Below, one piece after another: positions 1-11,665 of a DNA stretch of 64,000 nucleotides. The notes under the pieces are model-generated. The model saw nothing but the letters and a program-made list of their open reading frames with translations. It made no database searches and was not told where the DNA came from. The position numbers and the translations under genes are program-made. The stretch is taken from contig CAVYBH010000008.1 of assembly GCA_963766715.1 (NCBI GenBank), forward strand, positions 32,001-96,000, in the 5' to 3' direction. How positions within the stretch are numbered: position 1 is the first letter of the stretch; the number at the start of each line of letters is the position of its first letter. The DNA comes from an uncultured delta proteobacterium. GTDB lineage: Bacteria > Myxococcota > Myxococcia > Myxococcales > Anaeromyxobacteraceae.

Positions 1-1649
1 TCTCCAGCTCCTCGGGCACGGAGGCGAGCACCGCGTCGAGGCCGCCCACCGGCTCGTCGAAGATGCCGATCTCCTTCTCGTACAGGTCGGCCAGGAAGGC
101 TTCCTCGCCGGGCTCGGGGAGCACGTGGATCTCCACGGGCCTCGACTGGCCGAGCCGGTCGAGCCGCCCGATGCGCTGCTCGAGCGTCAGCGGCGAGTCG
201 GGCAGGTCCAGGCAGACGAGGTGGGAGGCGAACTGGAAGTTGCGCCCCTCCCCTCCCGATTCTCCGGAGAGCAGCACCATCGGCCCCTCGGGGTCGCGGA
301 AGCGGGCCACCAGCCGGTCGCGCGCCTCCAGGCTGGGCGCATCGTCGTAGAGCAGCGCCTCGAGCCGCTCGGCCTCGGCGATCCGGGCCTGCAGCTCCCG
401 GAGCCGATCCAGGTCGCCGCCGAAGACGAGCACCTTGTCCCCGCCGCGCGCCAGCTTCCCGCAGAGGGCCGCCACCGCCTCGATCTTCGCGCCCTCGGCC
501 ACGTCCTCGCGCCGCAGCACACGGCGGGTGAAGGCGCCCACCTTGACGCGCCGGTTGCGCACCAGGCGGGCGGAGAGGCCGTAGTGGCTGGCCAGGTGCT
601 CGAGCAGCGCGGGGCGGGAGGGCCCCTTCTTCTTCCCGGCGGGCGCGACGAAGGCCTCGTCGTCGGGCGAGAGCTTCCGGAGGCGCTCCAGCGCGTCCTC
701 CACCTTTCCGCCCGCGAGCAGGTCGCGCGCCACGGCCGCGTACGACCTCGTGGGACTCGAGGCGGGCCAGGAAGGCCGGGAGCGTGGTGGTGGGAACCGG
801 CTCGACGAGCGAGAGGAGCCGGAAGTACTCGCGCGGATCGAGGCGCACCGGCGTGGCGGTGAGGAGCAGGAGGCCGAACGAGGCGCGGGCCACGGGGGCC
901 ACGGCCTCGAAGAGCGCGTCCTCGGCGAGGTGGTGGGCCTCGTCGACGATCACGAGGTCGAAGGAGAGCGCGGCCGCCGCCGCGGCGAGCTCCGGATCGG
1001 CCGCCATGGCCTCGTGGGAGACGATGGCGAGCTTCGACTGGGCGAGCGCCGCCTCCACTCCCCCCATCGCCGCGATGCGGTCCGGCCCGAGCAGGGTGAA
1101 GAGCGCGTTGAACTTGTGGAACAGCTCCGCCAGCCACTGGAAGGCCAGGTGCTCGGGGACGATGACGAGGACCCGCTCGGCCAGGCCGAGCTGCCGGAGA
1201 CCGGAGAAGACGAGGCCCGCCTCGATGGTCTTGCCGAGGCCCACCTCGTCGGCGAGGACGAAGCGGGGGACGCGATCGGAGAGGATGCGCCCGGCGGCGC
1301 CGACCTGGTGCGGGAGGACGTGGACGCGGGAGGAGAGCAGCGCGCCCAGGCTGTCGGCGCGGCGCTGGGCCTCGAGGCGGACCACGCGGGTGCGGAGCGC
1401 GAAGGCGCTGGCCGGTCCGGTGTCGCCCGAGGCGAGCCGATCGAGGAGTCCACCGGCCGGCTGATCCAGCGGGGTGTCGTCCGGCACCGCGGCGAGCGCC
1501 CGATCGCGCCCCGAGACCACGGTGACGCCTTCGCGCCCTGCGAAACGGACCGCGATCCGGCGGGCGTCCTCGCCCACCTCGAGCACGATTCCGACGCCCC
1601 ACCCGGGTTGTGCCCGGTGGACGAGCTTCTGCCCCTTCTTCCAGGTCAT
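1..1649 (-). CDS. rapA: SNF2-family helicase, RNA polymerase-associated RapA/HepA-like (3' end outside window; frameshift near 750-780)
   Basis: Manual translation from ATG at 1649 gives MTWKKGQKLVHRAQPGWGVG..., LPHQV, LADEVGLGKTIEAG (Walker A), VDEAHH (DExH), LLTATP, and GEGRNFQFASHLVCLDLP..LEQRIGRLDR (helicase C motifs). Confidence 0.85.
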   Translation of the reverse strand, partial: MTWKKGQKLVHRAQPGWGVGIVLEVGEDARRIAVRFAGREGVTVVSGRDRALAAVPDDTPLDQPAGGLLDRLASGDTGPASAFALRTRVVRLEAQRRADSLGALLSSRVHVLPHQVGAAGRILSDRVPRFVLADEVGLGKTIEAGLVFSGLRQLGLAERVLVIVPEHLAFQWLAELFHKFNALFTLLGPDRIAAMGGVEAALAQSKLAIVSHEAMAADPELAAAAAALSFDLVIVDEAHHLAEDALFEAVAPVARASFGLLLLTATPVRLDPREYFRLLSLVEPVPTTTLPAFLARLESHEVVRGRGARPARGRKGGGRAGAPPEALARRRGLRRARREEEGALPPRAARAPGQPLRPLRPPGAQPARQGGRLHPPCAAARGRGRGREDRGGGGPLREAGARRGQGARLRRRPGSAPGAAGPDRRGRAARGAALRRCAQPGGARPAGGPLPRPRGADGAALRRIGRGGAQLPVRLPPRLPGPARLAADARAAHRAARPARPVEARGDPRAPRARRGSLPGRPVREGDRHLRRAGGRPRRGARLRARGAG

Positions 1650-1736
1650 TTCGCCCGGTCCTCTACCCCGACGCGTGGCCCGAAACCATTCATTTAAACC
1701 CCCGCGGCGCCAGGCCCCTGGAACCCCCGACGATCG

Positions 1737-1765
1737 TTGACACCGGCCCCCCGCCAAGCTAGAAC
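1737..1765 (+). promoter_or_regulatory. sigma70-type promoter for the tRNA pair
   Basis: TTGACA-17 nt-TAGAAC ending 22 nt upstream of tRNA-Val. Confidence 0.6.
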
Positions 1766-1787
1766 CCCGACCGCTCCACCGCCTCGG

Positions 1788-1859
1788 GGGCGGATAGCTC
1801 AGGGGTAGAGCGTCGCCCTTACAAGGCGAGGGTCGCAGGTTCGAAGCCTGCTCCGCCCA
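1788..1859 (+). tRNA. tRNA-Val(TAC), CCA not encoded
   Basis: Acceptor stem GGGCGGA/TCCGCCC, D arm AGCTCAGGGGTAGAGC, anticodon arm TCGCC-CTTACAA-GGCGA, T arm GCAGG-TTCGAAG-CCTGC. Confidence 0.95.
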
Positions 1860-1873
1860 ATCGTCTTTGAATT

Positions 1874-1950
<77 letters not shown>

Positions 1951-1968
1951 CATCGGCAGCAATGCCAC

Positions 1969-2005
1969 AAGGCTCCAAGCTCCCAAGCTTGGGGCCTTTT
2001 CTTTT
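1969..2005 (+). terminator. Rho-independent terminator after the tRNA pair
   Basis: Stem AAGGCTCCAAGCT / loop CCCA / AGCTTGGGGCCTT followed by TTCTTTT. Confidence 0.8.
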
Positions 2006-2017
2006 GCGGAAGGGGGG

Positions 2018-2280
2018 CTACGGATTTGTACGGCCTCTTTCGGCGCGATGCGGTTGCACTCCACCGCGCGGCACATCGCCGGCCAGACCTCCTCCAGGCG
2101 ACCTTCATCCCGGCGGCGGCCTCCCCCGCCCTCATGCCGGTGAAGAACTCCAGGGCGTACGGCACGCGCCGGTCCTCGGCCACGCGCTCGTCGTGGGTCA
2201 GGCCGTACAGACGCAGGGGCTCACCACGATGAGGTCCTTCCGCGCGGAGTCGCCGATGTGGTCGAGCGCCGTGCCGGAGG
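2018..2280 (-). pseudogene. Collapsed tyrosine recombinase/integrase remnant
   Basis: Minus-strand fragments ARKDLIVVSPCV, LTHDERVAEDRRVPYALEFFTGMRAGEAAA (box I TGxRxGE) and VWPAMCRAVECNRI...stop, pointing at the tRNA-Asp 3' end. Confidence 0.6.
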
Positions 2281-2322
2281 AGTACTCTCCTCCACGTCGC
2301 GGCGCACAGGAGGCGTCACCCG

Positions 2323-3761
2323 ATGGCCAGAACGACGAAGAAGCCGGACGTGAGCCCGTCGAATCCGCGCGACGGAAAGCGCACGAAGCACGACCTCGCC
2401 TGGCACCTGTCGCAGGAGGAACGGTACGCGGCGGGCAAGGCACTCCGGAAGGCCTGCCCCCGGGAATCGCACGCCGAGTGGAAGGCGCCCGCCGGACGCC
2501 GCGATCCGATTGAGATGGTCCTCGCGGCCGAGAAGGGGCGGCTGCCCGAGCTGCTCCCGCTCCGCCACGGACGCATGGTCCGCTCCGCGTTCACCTTCTA
2601 TCGCGGGTCGGCCCTCCCCATGGCGGCCGACCTGGCGTCCACGCCGTCGTCGGGCGTGTACGTCCAGTGCTGCGGGGACGCGCACCTCTCCAACTTCGGG
2701 GGGTTCGCCACCCCGGAGCGGAGGATCATCTTCTCCATCAACGACCTCGACGAGACCCTTCCCGCTCCGTGGGAGTGGGACGTGAAGCGCCTCGCCGCGA
2801 GCTTCGTCGTGGCGTGCCGGGACAACGGCCAGAAGGATTCGGCAGCCAGGGACGTGGCGACCACGTGCGTCCGCACCTACCGCGAGGCGATGGGCAAGTA
2901 CAGCAAGCTGAAGACGCTGGAGCTCTGGTACGAGTCGCTGGAGGCTCGCGAAATGCTGCGCACCATCAAGGATCCCGGCGATGCACCGGCGGGTCGTCGA
3001 GCGCCTGGAAAAGGAGAGGGGGAAGAGCAAGGGAGAGGAGATCTTCCCGAAGCTCGCCGGGCGGAAGGGGGACCTGCACGTCATCAAGGACCAGCTCCCG
3101 ACCATCTTCCACGCCAAGGGTCACGCTCCCGGCGAGGTCCAGCAGGCCATCCGGGACGCGATGGCCGGCTACCGCGCCACGCTGCCGTTCCGCCTACCAG
3201 TCCCTGCTCGAGCGCTACGAGCTGCGGGACGCCGCCATCAAGGTGGTGGGGATCGGAAGCGTCGGGACGTCCTGCTGGGTGCTGCTCTTCATGGCCGGCG
3301 AGAGCGATCCCCTCTTCCTCCAGGTCAAGGAGGCGCGTCCCTCCGTGCTGGAGCCCTACGCGGGAAAGAGCGCCTTCCCGAACCAGGGCCAGCGCGTGGT
3401 GGATGGGTACCGGCGCATGCAGCCGGCGAGCGACATGTTCCTCGGGTGGACCCGGGGCCCGGCGCGCGACTTCTTCGTGCGGCAGCTCCGGGACATCAAG
3501 GTTAGCGCCCGGGTGGAGACCTTCGACGAGACCGTGATGGCCCTCTACGCCACCTGGTGCGGGAAGGCGCTGGCGCTGTCCCATGCCCGCTCCGGGCTCT
3601 CGGCGGTGCTGAGTGGCTACATGGGGAAGAGCGACGTCTTCGACGAGGCCATCGCGGCCTTCTCGATGGCGTACGCCGACCAGAACGAGAAGGACCACTC
3701 GGCGCTCGCGCGTGCGGTCCGCACGAAGAAGGTGAAGGCGGTGTTCGAGGAAGACCGGTGA
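2323..3761 (+). CDS. DUF2252 domain-containing protein (frameshifts near 2975 and 3190)
   Basis: RHGRMVRSAFTFYRGSA, CGDAHLSNFG, INDLDET, KVVGIGSVGT, LQVKEA, VRQLRDIK, YADQNEKDH; RBS AGGAGG. Confidence 0.9.
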
Positions 3762-3903
3762 GTCCCGATCCACGGGACTTCTCGGTCGTCCTGGGGGGGC
3801 TCCGCTCGCGCTCACCATGATGCCCCTGGAGCAGCTGCTGCGGTCGCTGCTCCGCGTCCTGGTCTAGACGGCGACCACGGCCCCCGGAGGATCTCGAGGC
3901 CGG

Positions 3904-4917
3904 TCACATCTCCGGGGCGATCTCCGCTCCGCTCGTCGACACGCGGCCGCATGCGCGGCTGAGCGTCTCGCTGGGCTTCTCGCCGAACATCGCGCGGTAG
4001 TCGCCGGAGAAGCAGCCGAGCCGGAAGAATCCCCACCTCATTGCTACGGCCGCCACGGTCGTGCCTCGCCTCGCCCGCTCCAGGTCCTTGCGGGCCGCCG
4101 AGAGCCGGAGCGACTTCCAGTACGCCATCGGGGAGGTCCCAAGGGCAGCCCGGAAACTGCGGTGCAAGGCTGGCCGTGAGGCGCGAACGGCCGAGCAGAC
4201 GTCGTCGATCTGGACCGGCTCATCCAGGGATTGGCGCAGGAACGCCTCGGCCCGGAGGGCGACGTCCCGGCTCGGCCGCAGGGGCGTGGTCACGGGTACC
4301 GGTTCGACGCCATCCATGACGGCGCCGATGACCTCCTGCTCCATCAGCTCCACCAGGCCGGGGTCCGTGAGTATCCCGGGCTGACGCCGCGCGTGTTTGA
4401 GCCACCAGGCCCAGGTGGAGAGGAGGCGCCGCCGGCTTGCCGGGTCCCGGAAGCGCAGCCCGGGCCCGGAGAGCCTCGTCGGGAACCGCACCCCCCAGTG
4501 CGTCAGGGAGGCGTCGTCGAGACGGTCCGGATCGACGCACAGGCCGAAGAGCGTGTGCGGGGCGGTCGAGATGATCTCGAACTCGCCACCCCGAGGCACG
4601 ACGCCGAGCAGGTCTCGCGCCCAGGGGTGTCGCTGGAGGTGAAGGGAGGGCCCCCGGAGGTTCACGGCGACGACGGTCAGGCCTCGAGGCGGCGCGCCCC
4701 GGAGGAGCACCCCGGGGGCACGGGAGATGACGGCGAGTTCCATGGACGGCGTGTGTGCGAAGGTCGTCCGTGCGCACGGAACGCCGCGACCGAGTTGCAC
4801 GTGCGACTGGTCCCAACCGGGGCTCAACCTTGGGATGGCGTCGAAATCGTCGACGCGGATCGGCCCGCCGGAGCCAGCCGGAAAGACGGGGGGTGGCGAG
4901 GGCGGGGTCGGGATCAC
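3904..4917 (-). CDS. AraC-family transcriptional regulator (EutR-like); start uncertain
   Basis: C-terminal HTH_18: RAEAFLRQSLDEPVQIDDVC...LHRSFRAALGTSPMAYWKSLRLSAARKDL...VAMRWGFFRLGCFSGDYRAMFGEKPSETL. Confidence 0.85.
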   Translation of the reverse strand: MIPTPPSPPPVFPAGSGGPIRVDDFDAIPRLSPGWDQSHVQLGRGVPCARTTFAHTPSMELAVISRAPGVLLRGAPPRGLTVVAVNLRGPSLHLQRHPWARDLLGVVPRGGEFEIISTAPHTLFGLCVDPDRLDDASLTHWGVRFPTRLSGPGLRFRDPASRRRLLSTWAWWLKHARRQPGILTDPGLVELMEQEVIGAVMDGVEPVPVTTPLRPSRDVALRAEAFLRQSLDEPVQIDDVCSAVRASRPALHRSFRAALGTSPMAYWKSLRLSAARKDLERARRGTTVAAVAMRWGFFRLGCFSGDYRAMFGEKPSETLSRACGRVSTSGAEIAPEM

Positions 4918-5144
4918 GCGAGGACAGGATAGTCGATGTGCGTGCGCCGCCCCGGCGAATTCCCGGCACGGTGACCACTTTGGGTGAGGCGGGTTCGCCT
5001 CGGTCGGCGCGGAACCGAGGTGAGCGAGACAAACCGGACAGACGTGTGACAGGCATTCGGCGATAGTGATTCGCTCGGGGTTCATGGGCTCGGGCTTGCG
5101 CCACCCCTTCGTCCGGACCTCCTTTGGGCCCAGGAGACGACCGC

Positions 5145-5924
5145 ATGACTTTCGCCACCTTGACCGCCGCGCTGCTCCTCGCACTGGGGGATGGCGCCGC
5201 CCCAGCGAAGCCATCCGAACCCGGGACCCAGCCACCCGCGGCCTCGGCTCCGGCGAAGGACCCCGCGGCGTTGACGCTCCTGAAGCGGATGTGCGACCGC
5301 CTCCAGGCGGCGAAGACCTTCACCGTCCGGGGGCAGGCGTCCCTCGAGCTTCCCGTGGCCGACGGCACGCTGGCCACCTTCTTCAACGAGTACGACATCG
5401 CCGTCCGGCGCCCGGACGGGCTGGCGGCGCATCGGGTGGGCGACCTTCCCGACTTCCGCTTCGTCTACGACGGGAAGGCCATGACCGTGCTCGTGTCGGG
5501 CAAGGGGCGGTGGGGCACGACGGGCGCTCCTCCCACCCTCGACGCCATGCTCCCGGTCGCCGGGGAGCAGGGGGGGCTCAACATGCCCTTCGACGAGCTC
5601 CTCGTCGCCGACCCCTGCGCCGCCATCACCGCAGGAGTCAGGGAGATCGTGGTGACCACGCCGGCCACGATCCGGGGGAAGAAGGTCGAGCACCTCGTGC
5701 TGTCGGGCCCGCAGCTCCGCATCGAGTACTGGATCGACCCGGCCACGGCGCTGCCGGCGCGCTCGCTCGTGGTCTACGTCGACGACCCGCAGCGGCCGCA
5801 CTTCCAGGTGGAGTACGCCGAGTGGAAGCTCGACCCGAAGCTGCCCGCCTCCACCTTCGCCCTGCCCAAGCCGAAGGGCGCCACCCAGGTCGACTTCCGC
5901 GAAGCCGCCAGCGAGTTCCAGTAA
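5145..5924 (+). CDS. DUF2092 family exported protein (LolA-like fold)
   Basis: Signal peptide; LLKRMCDRLQAAKTFTV, VRRPDGL, FVYDGK, WIDPATALP, TFALPKPKGATQVDF. Confidence 0.75.
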   Translation: MTFATLTAALLLALGDGAAPAKPSEPGTQPPAASAPAKDPAALTLLKRMCDRLQAAKTFTVRGQASLELPVADGTLATFFNEYDIAVRRPDGLAAHRVGDLPDFRFVYDGKAMTVLVSGKGRWGTTGAPPTLDAMLPVAGEQGGLNMPFDELLVADPCAAITAGVREIVVTTPATIRGKKVEHLVLSGPQLRIEYWIDPATALPARSLVVYVDDPQRPHFQVEYAEWKLDPKLPASTFALPKPKGATQVDFREAASEFQ

Positions 5925-5935
5925 GGGGGCCGAGC

Positions 5936-6302
5936 ATGCGCGCCAGCAACCTCGTCGTCGCAGGCCTTCTCGCCAGCCTGGCCATTCCAGGCACCGGCCA
6001 GGCAGTCGTCGTCGTCCGTCGTCGCCCGGCCCCCGTCGTCGCCGCCGTGCGTCACGGCGACGGCGGTCGTGGTCGCGGCCGTCGTGTCCAAGCCACCGCC
6101 CACCCCGCCGCCTCCGCCGTCGGCGCCGCCGCCGCCGCCGGTGACGAGCCCCCTCCCCATCGACAGCACGACGTGGGTGCTCCCGTCGGGTTGCCTGGGA
6201 GTGACGGTGAAGGGCGAGACCCTCTACCAGTGCGGGCCGAGCTGGCTGAAGAAGCAGCAGAGCGACAAGGGCACCTGGTACCTCGTCGTGCCGCCTCCGT
6301 AG
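5936..6302 (+). CDS. Small exported Pro-rich protein (DUF6515-like; frameshift near 6050)
   Basis: Signal peptide MRASNLVVAGLLASLAIPGTGQA, poly-Pro linker, C-terminus LPSGCLGVTVKGETLYQCGPSW...YLVVPPP. Confidence 0.6.
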
Positions 6303-6344
6303 CGCGCGAGCCTGCCGGATTCGATTCAGGAGAGGGAGTTGCCC

Positions 6345-8138
6345 ATGAACCGCTTCACGATGGCCCTGGCCCTCGTCGGCCTGGCTGCCGCACTGTCCGC
6401 ACCCGCCCCGGCCCGTGGCGCCGACGCACCTCGCCGGCCCAACATCGTCATCATCCTCGGCGACGACCTGGGGTACGCCGACATGGGCTCGTTCGGCAGC
6501 GAGATCAAGACGCCGAACCTCGACGCCCTGGCCGCGAACGGGACGCGCTTCACCGACTTCTACACCCACGCGACCTGCTCGCCCACCCGGTCCATCCTCC
6601 TGAGCGGCGTCGACACCCACGTGAACGGGCTGGGCAACATGGACGAGTGGACGGCCCCCAACCAGGAGGGCGTCCCGGGCTACGAGGGGCACCTCAACCA
6701 CCGCGTGGCCACCCTGCCGCAGCTGCTCCGGGATTCCGGCTACCACACGTACATGGTGGGCAAGTGGCACCTGGGGAAGTCGCCCGACCTCATCCCGGCG
6801 GCGCGCGGCTTCGAGCGCGACTTCTCGCTGCTCGACGGGGCCGGAAGCTACTGGGACATGACCAACTTCACCGCCCTGTCGCCGCGGTCGCTCTACACCG
6901 AGGACGGGAAGTACCTGAGCTCGCTGCCGTCGGACTACTACGCGACGAAGACCTACACCGACAAGCTCATCGACTTCATCGACGCCAACCGCGGCGACGG
7001 GAAGCCCTTCTTCGCCTACGTCGCCCACCAGGCGCCGCACGACCCGTACCACCTGCCCCGGGACTGGCGCTCCCGCCACGTCGGCGAGTACGACAAGGGC
7101 TGGGACGCGGTCCGCCAGGAGCGGCTGAAGCGCCAGATCGAGTTCGGAATCCTGCCCAAGGACACGGACCTCGCCGAGCGGATGTGGTTCATTCCCGATC
7201 CCATCGTGCTCGCGCCGGTCGCCCGGGCCATGCTCGGCAAGAAGATGGAGCTCTACGCCGGCATGGTGGAGAACCTCGACTTCCACGTCGGCCGACTCGT
7301 CGATCACCTGAAGGAGATCGGCGAGTACGACAACACGGTGTTCATCGTGTTCGGGGACAACGGCGCGGAGGGCACCGACCTCTTCGCCATGATCTCCGGC
7401 AGTCCCGGCACGCTGAACTTCCTGTTCGCCGCGCAGAACTGGTCGAACACGTCCAGCCCAACGCCTGGGGCGACCCGGGCTCGTACGTGGCCTACGGGCC
7501 GATGTGGGCGCAGGTCTCGATGACCCCCTTCAGCCAGTACAAGGGATGGGTCGCGGAAGGGCGGCATCCGGAACGCGCTCATCGTCAGCGGTCCGGTCGT
7601 GAAGCGGGTCAAGGGCGACATCAACCACGGCATCATGCACGTGGCCGACATCCTGCCCACGCTGCTCGAGATCGCCGGCACGACCTATCCGAAGACCCAG
7701 GGCGGCCAGGAGCTTCCCCCGCTCATCGGCAAGTCCTGGGGTCCGGTGCTGGCAGGGAAGGCGGAGTCGCCGCGGACGGAGAAGGACTATCTCGCCTGGG
7801 AGATCTTCGGGAACCACGCCGTCCGCCAGGGCGACTGGAAGCTCCGCTGGCAGTACAAGCCGCTGGGCAAGGGGGCCTGGGAGCTCTTCAACCTGAAGGC
7901 CGATCCCGGCGAGCGGAAGGACCTCGCCGCGGAGAGGCCGGAGAAGGTGAAGGAGATGATCGCGCTGTGGGACGAGTACGCCCAGGCGAACAACGTGATC
8001 CTGCCCAGCCGCTCGGTGTTCGAGACCCTGGACGACCAGCTCCCGCCGCGCACGCCGGTCGACCCGGGTTACCCCCCGCTCATCTACAAGCGGCAGTTCG
8101 TGCCCCCGAAGGACATGGTGGCGGAGCCCAAGCCATGA
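6345..8138 (+). CDS. atsA: Arylsulfatase (Cys-type formylglycine sulfatase; frameshifts near 7450 and 7560)
   Basis: Signal peptide, PNIVIILGDDLGYAD, CSPTR (CxPxR), GKWHLG, APHDP, GDNG, HVADILPT, ELFNLKADPGE. Confidence 0.9.
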
Positions 8139-8158
8139 TCGCACTCGACGGAGGTCCC

Positions 8159-9140
8159 ATGAGGCCGGTCGCCCTGCTCCGCTGGTTCCCGCCGTGCTGG
8201 TCGCCCTGTGCGCGCTGCTCCCGCGCGTGGCGGAGGCCCAGGCGCGCTACTACTGGAAGTCGCTCGCCGGGGCGAACGTCGTCCCGGTCATCTTCGAGGC
8301 GCTGAGCGGCAACGCGAACCCGGCCGACCCGGCCCACACGTCGTGCCCGGCGGCAACGTCTCGGGAACGATCGGGGTGGCCGGCTACTCGCGCATGTTCT
8401 CGCTCTTCGACCGCGGCGCGATGGCCGCGATCATCGTCCCCATGGGGCACATCTCGGGCGAGTCCAGGCTCGCGGGCAACACGTTCTTCCAGTCGGCGAA
8501 CGGCTTCGGCGACCCGATGCTCGAGTTCGTCATGAACGTCGTCGGCCCGCGCGCGCAGAAGAACCTCGCCGACGTCGTGCGCTACGAGCCGGGGTTCTCC
8601 CTGGACGTCCTCACCGATTTCGCCTTCCCCATCGGCCAGTACAGCAGCAGCCAGCCGCTGAACCTCGGACAGAACCGCTGGTACGGGCGCGTGGGCCTGC
8701 CCATCGTCTGGCAACTCGGGCCATGGGTCCCGGGGGAGCGGACGACCGTGGAGGCCCTGCCCGCGCTGTGGTGGTTCGCGGCCAACACCGACTACATGGG
8801 GGGGAAGACCCTCACGACGGACCTCCTCTTCCAGCTCGACGGGCACGTGACGCGCGACCTCACGTCGAGCCTCTGGGTGTCCCTCGACGTCCTCTGGTAC
8901 TACGGGGGCACCGCGTCCATCGACGGCATCGCCGGGGACAAGCTCAACAACTTCGGCATCGGCGCCACGGCCGGCTACCAGATCACGGAGAACCTGGGGC
9001 TCACGGCGAGCTACATGATGCTCGTGAGCAGCGGCTCCCCGAACTCCCTGCAGATGGACAAGTTCGTGTTCTCGCTCCTCTACGGGTGGCATTCCCTCGT
9101 CGAGGGGGCGCGGCGGCTGGAGGAGAACGGCAAGAAGTAG
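8159..9140 (+). CDS. Outer-membrane beta-barrel, MetA-pathway/'transporter' family (frameshifted 5' part)
   Basis: GFGDPML, FPIGQYSSSQPLNLGQNRWYGRVGLP, amphipathic strands. Confidence 0.7.
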
Positions 9141-9163
9141 GGGAAGCGGTCCGGGGGTCTCGC

Positions 9164-10203
9164 TTGCGCCGCCGCCTCGCCACGCTCTCCGCCGCGACCG
9201 TCGCGCTGCTCGCGCTCGGCTCTCCCTGGGCCGCCGTCGGCCCGGGAGACGACCGACCTCGTGGTGCTCGTGAACGGGAACAACATCAACGGCGAGATCA
9301 TGGGGCTCTCGCGCGGGAAGCTCGACTTCAAGACCGACGACGCGGGCCGGCTCTCCATCGAGTGGCTCAAGGTGGTCCGGGTAACGAGCACCTTCACCTA
9401 CGAGGTCGAGACCTCGGCAGGGGTGAAGCGCTACAGCGCCCTGTTCGCGCCGGACGGGGACGAGCGAGGCGTCGTCCAGCTGCACGACGGGACCCGGATC
9501 CCCGTGGAGGAGATCGTCTCCCTGGTCCCCATCGACGCCGGCTTCTTCAGCCGGCTCAGTGCCTACTTCGACCTGGGGCTCTCGCTCGCCAAGGCGAACA
9601 ACGCACTCACCCTCACCTCGGACGGCTTCGTCGGCTACCGCGGCGAGCGCATGGGAACGAGCCTCCAGTTCAACCTCTACCTCCAGGCCACCAACCGCAC
9701 CCCCGCCGCGTCCAGCGCCACGATCCAGTGGACGGGGGACCTCTACTTCGGCCGGTGGACGGCCACGGTCGGCGCCGTGGCCCAGGAGAACAGCGAGCTC
9801 GACCTCAAGCTCCGCCTCATCCTGCTCGGCGGGGCGAGGTACTCCGCCATCCAGACCAACCTCATGGACCTGCTGGCGGGCGCAGGGCTCGCCGGAATCC
9901 GGGAGCAGTACACGACGGGAGATCCCAGCGTGGTACCTGGCCGGGTACGTGGCCGGGTCGTGGAGCATGTTCCGCTACGACAGCCCGAAGCTCGACCTGG
10001 GGCTCGACGTGGCCGCGTATCCGTACCTCACCGACTTCGGGCGCGTCCTCCTGCAGGGGACCATCCGGGTCACCTACGAGATCTTCGCGGACTTCAACGC
10101 CGGGCTGAACTTCACCGACACCTACGACAGCCGCCCCCCCGAGGGCGGCGTGAACAACGACTTCAACATGTCGATCACCATCGGGTGGTCGTACCGCAGG
10201 TAG
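9164..10203 (+). CDS. DUF481-family outer-membrane protein (frameshifts near 9240 and 9930)
   Basis: TDLVVLVNGNNINGEI..L..GKLDFKTD N-terminus; barrel strands ending DTYDSRPP...NDFNMSITIGWSY. Confidence 0.7.
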
Positions 10204-10237
10204 CTCGGTGCGCAACCCGCTCCAAGGAGGAGATCCC

Positions 10238-11564
10238 GTGAGGGCAGCATGTCTGTGATGGTGCTCTCCTGGCTGGCGCTCCTCGTTCCGGGCGCCGGCC
10301 GGGCCGCGGACGAGGCGGTCCGGGCCGACGACCCCTGTGCCGACGACCTCAGGCAGTTCTGCCCCGACGTGAAGCCGGGAAGCAGCCGTGTCGTCGAGTG
10401 CCTGCAGAAGAACAAGGCCCAGGCTCTCGGCCGCCTGTCGGAGCGCGGCTCGACGCGTCCCGCGCAGAAGGCGAAGGCGCTCATCGAGGAGTTCGGGCGG
10501 TCGTGTCGCAGGGACGTGGACCGCTACTGCCCGGGGTCGATCCCGGCGGTGGGCGCGTGCTGGGATGTCTCCGCCAGCACCAGCTCGAGCTCTCGCCCCC
10601 TGCAAGGGCGAGATGACCCGGATCACCGACGCCCGGGACCGCATCGCCACCCTGCGGAGCGCCTGCCAGGCCGACGCCGAGAGCCTCTGCAGGGACGTGC
10701 CTCAGCGGGCGGGCCCGCTGCTGGAGTGCCTCCAGGCGAACGAGGCGAAGCTGTCGCCGGAGTGCAACGCCGGCCGACGTCCGCAAGGCGATGGAGGCCG
10801 CGAGCCTGGTCGACGTCATCGAGGAGATGAGCAGCAAGGACCGGATCCTGGAGGCGCTGGAGATCCTGCAGGGGGTCGACTCGGTCGCCTTCGCGCGAAG
10901 CCAGATCCTCATCCAGGTGGACGGCTTCACCGGTACCAGGACGTCGCCAACTCCGGCGTGCTGACCTTCAACCCGCAGTTCGTGTTCGGGCGCCGCAACG
11001 AGTTCGCCGTCCAGGCCAAGGTCCCGCTGCTCGATCAGCGTCCCCACCGACCCCAGCTACCCCACCATGCTCGGCGTGGGAACGCTCTTCACGTCCTTCG
11101 CCTGGAACTTCTTCGCCCAGGGGCAGGTGCGCCAGTACGTCGGGCTCGGCATGCAGTGGGAGACGGCCACGTTCCCGGTCACGGGCTACACGTGGGGTCT
11201 CGTCCCCTCCTACGCCGTCGCGGTGGGCCTGGCCCGGTGGGTATCGCTCACCACGCAGGTCTACTGGATGCGTTCGCTCGGAACGAGCGACAGCTACCAG
11301 GAGCTGAACCAGCTGTGGCTCGAGCCCATCCTCGTGTTCAACCTTCCCGGAAGGACGTTCCTGGCGCTCGACACCAAGCTCGGCTGGGACTTCTTCCGGG
11401 GCACCTTCGCCCCGGTGATGAAGGGCGTGGGTGGCATCTTCCTGGACCGGCAGCGATCGGTCGCCATCTCGGCCTGGTACCAGGCGTCGCTGACCAGCGA
11501 AGCCGTGCCCGTGACCTTCAAGTACGGGGTCGGGATCGGCATCGCCCACTACTTCGACTGGTGA
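10238..11564 (+). CDS. Exported protein with three Cys-rich (GLG1-like) repeats and a C-terminal putative beta-barrel (several frameshifts)
   Basis: Repeats DPCADDLRQFCPDVKPGSSRVVECL, SCRRDVDRYCPG..GGGRVLGCL, ACQADAESLCRDV..RAGPLLECL; amphipathic strands ending IAHYFDW; RBS AGGAGG. Confidence 0.65.
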
Positions 11565-11665
11565 CTGCTGGCGCAGTGCCAGCGCTCGGCTTGCCGGGCC
11601 CGGAGCGGAGTATGATGCGCGCCGCTCGACCGCGGCCCCAGTTCCCTGGAACAGACGGAGATCTC

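Noticed and set aside
1857..1862. Missing CCA on tRNA-Val as a sign of a pseudo-tRNA
   Set aside because: The cloverleaf is intact, and post-transcriptional CCA addition is common in bacteria.
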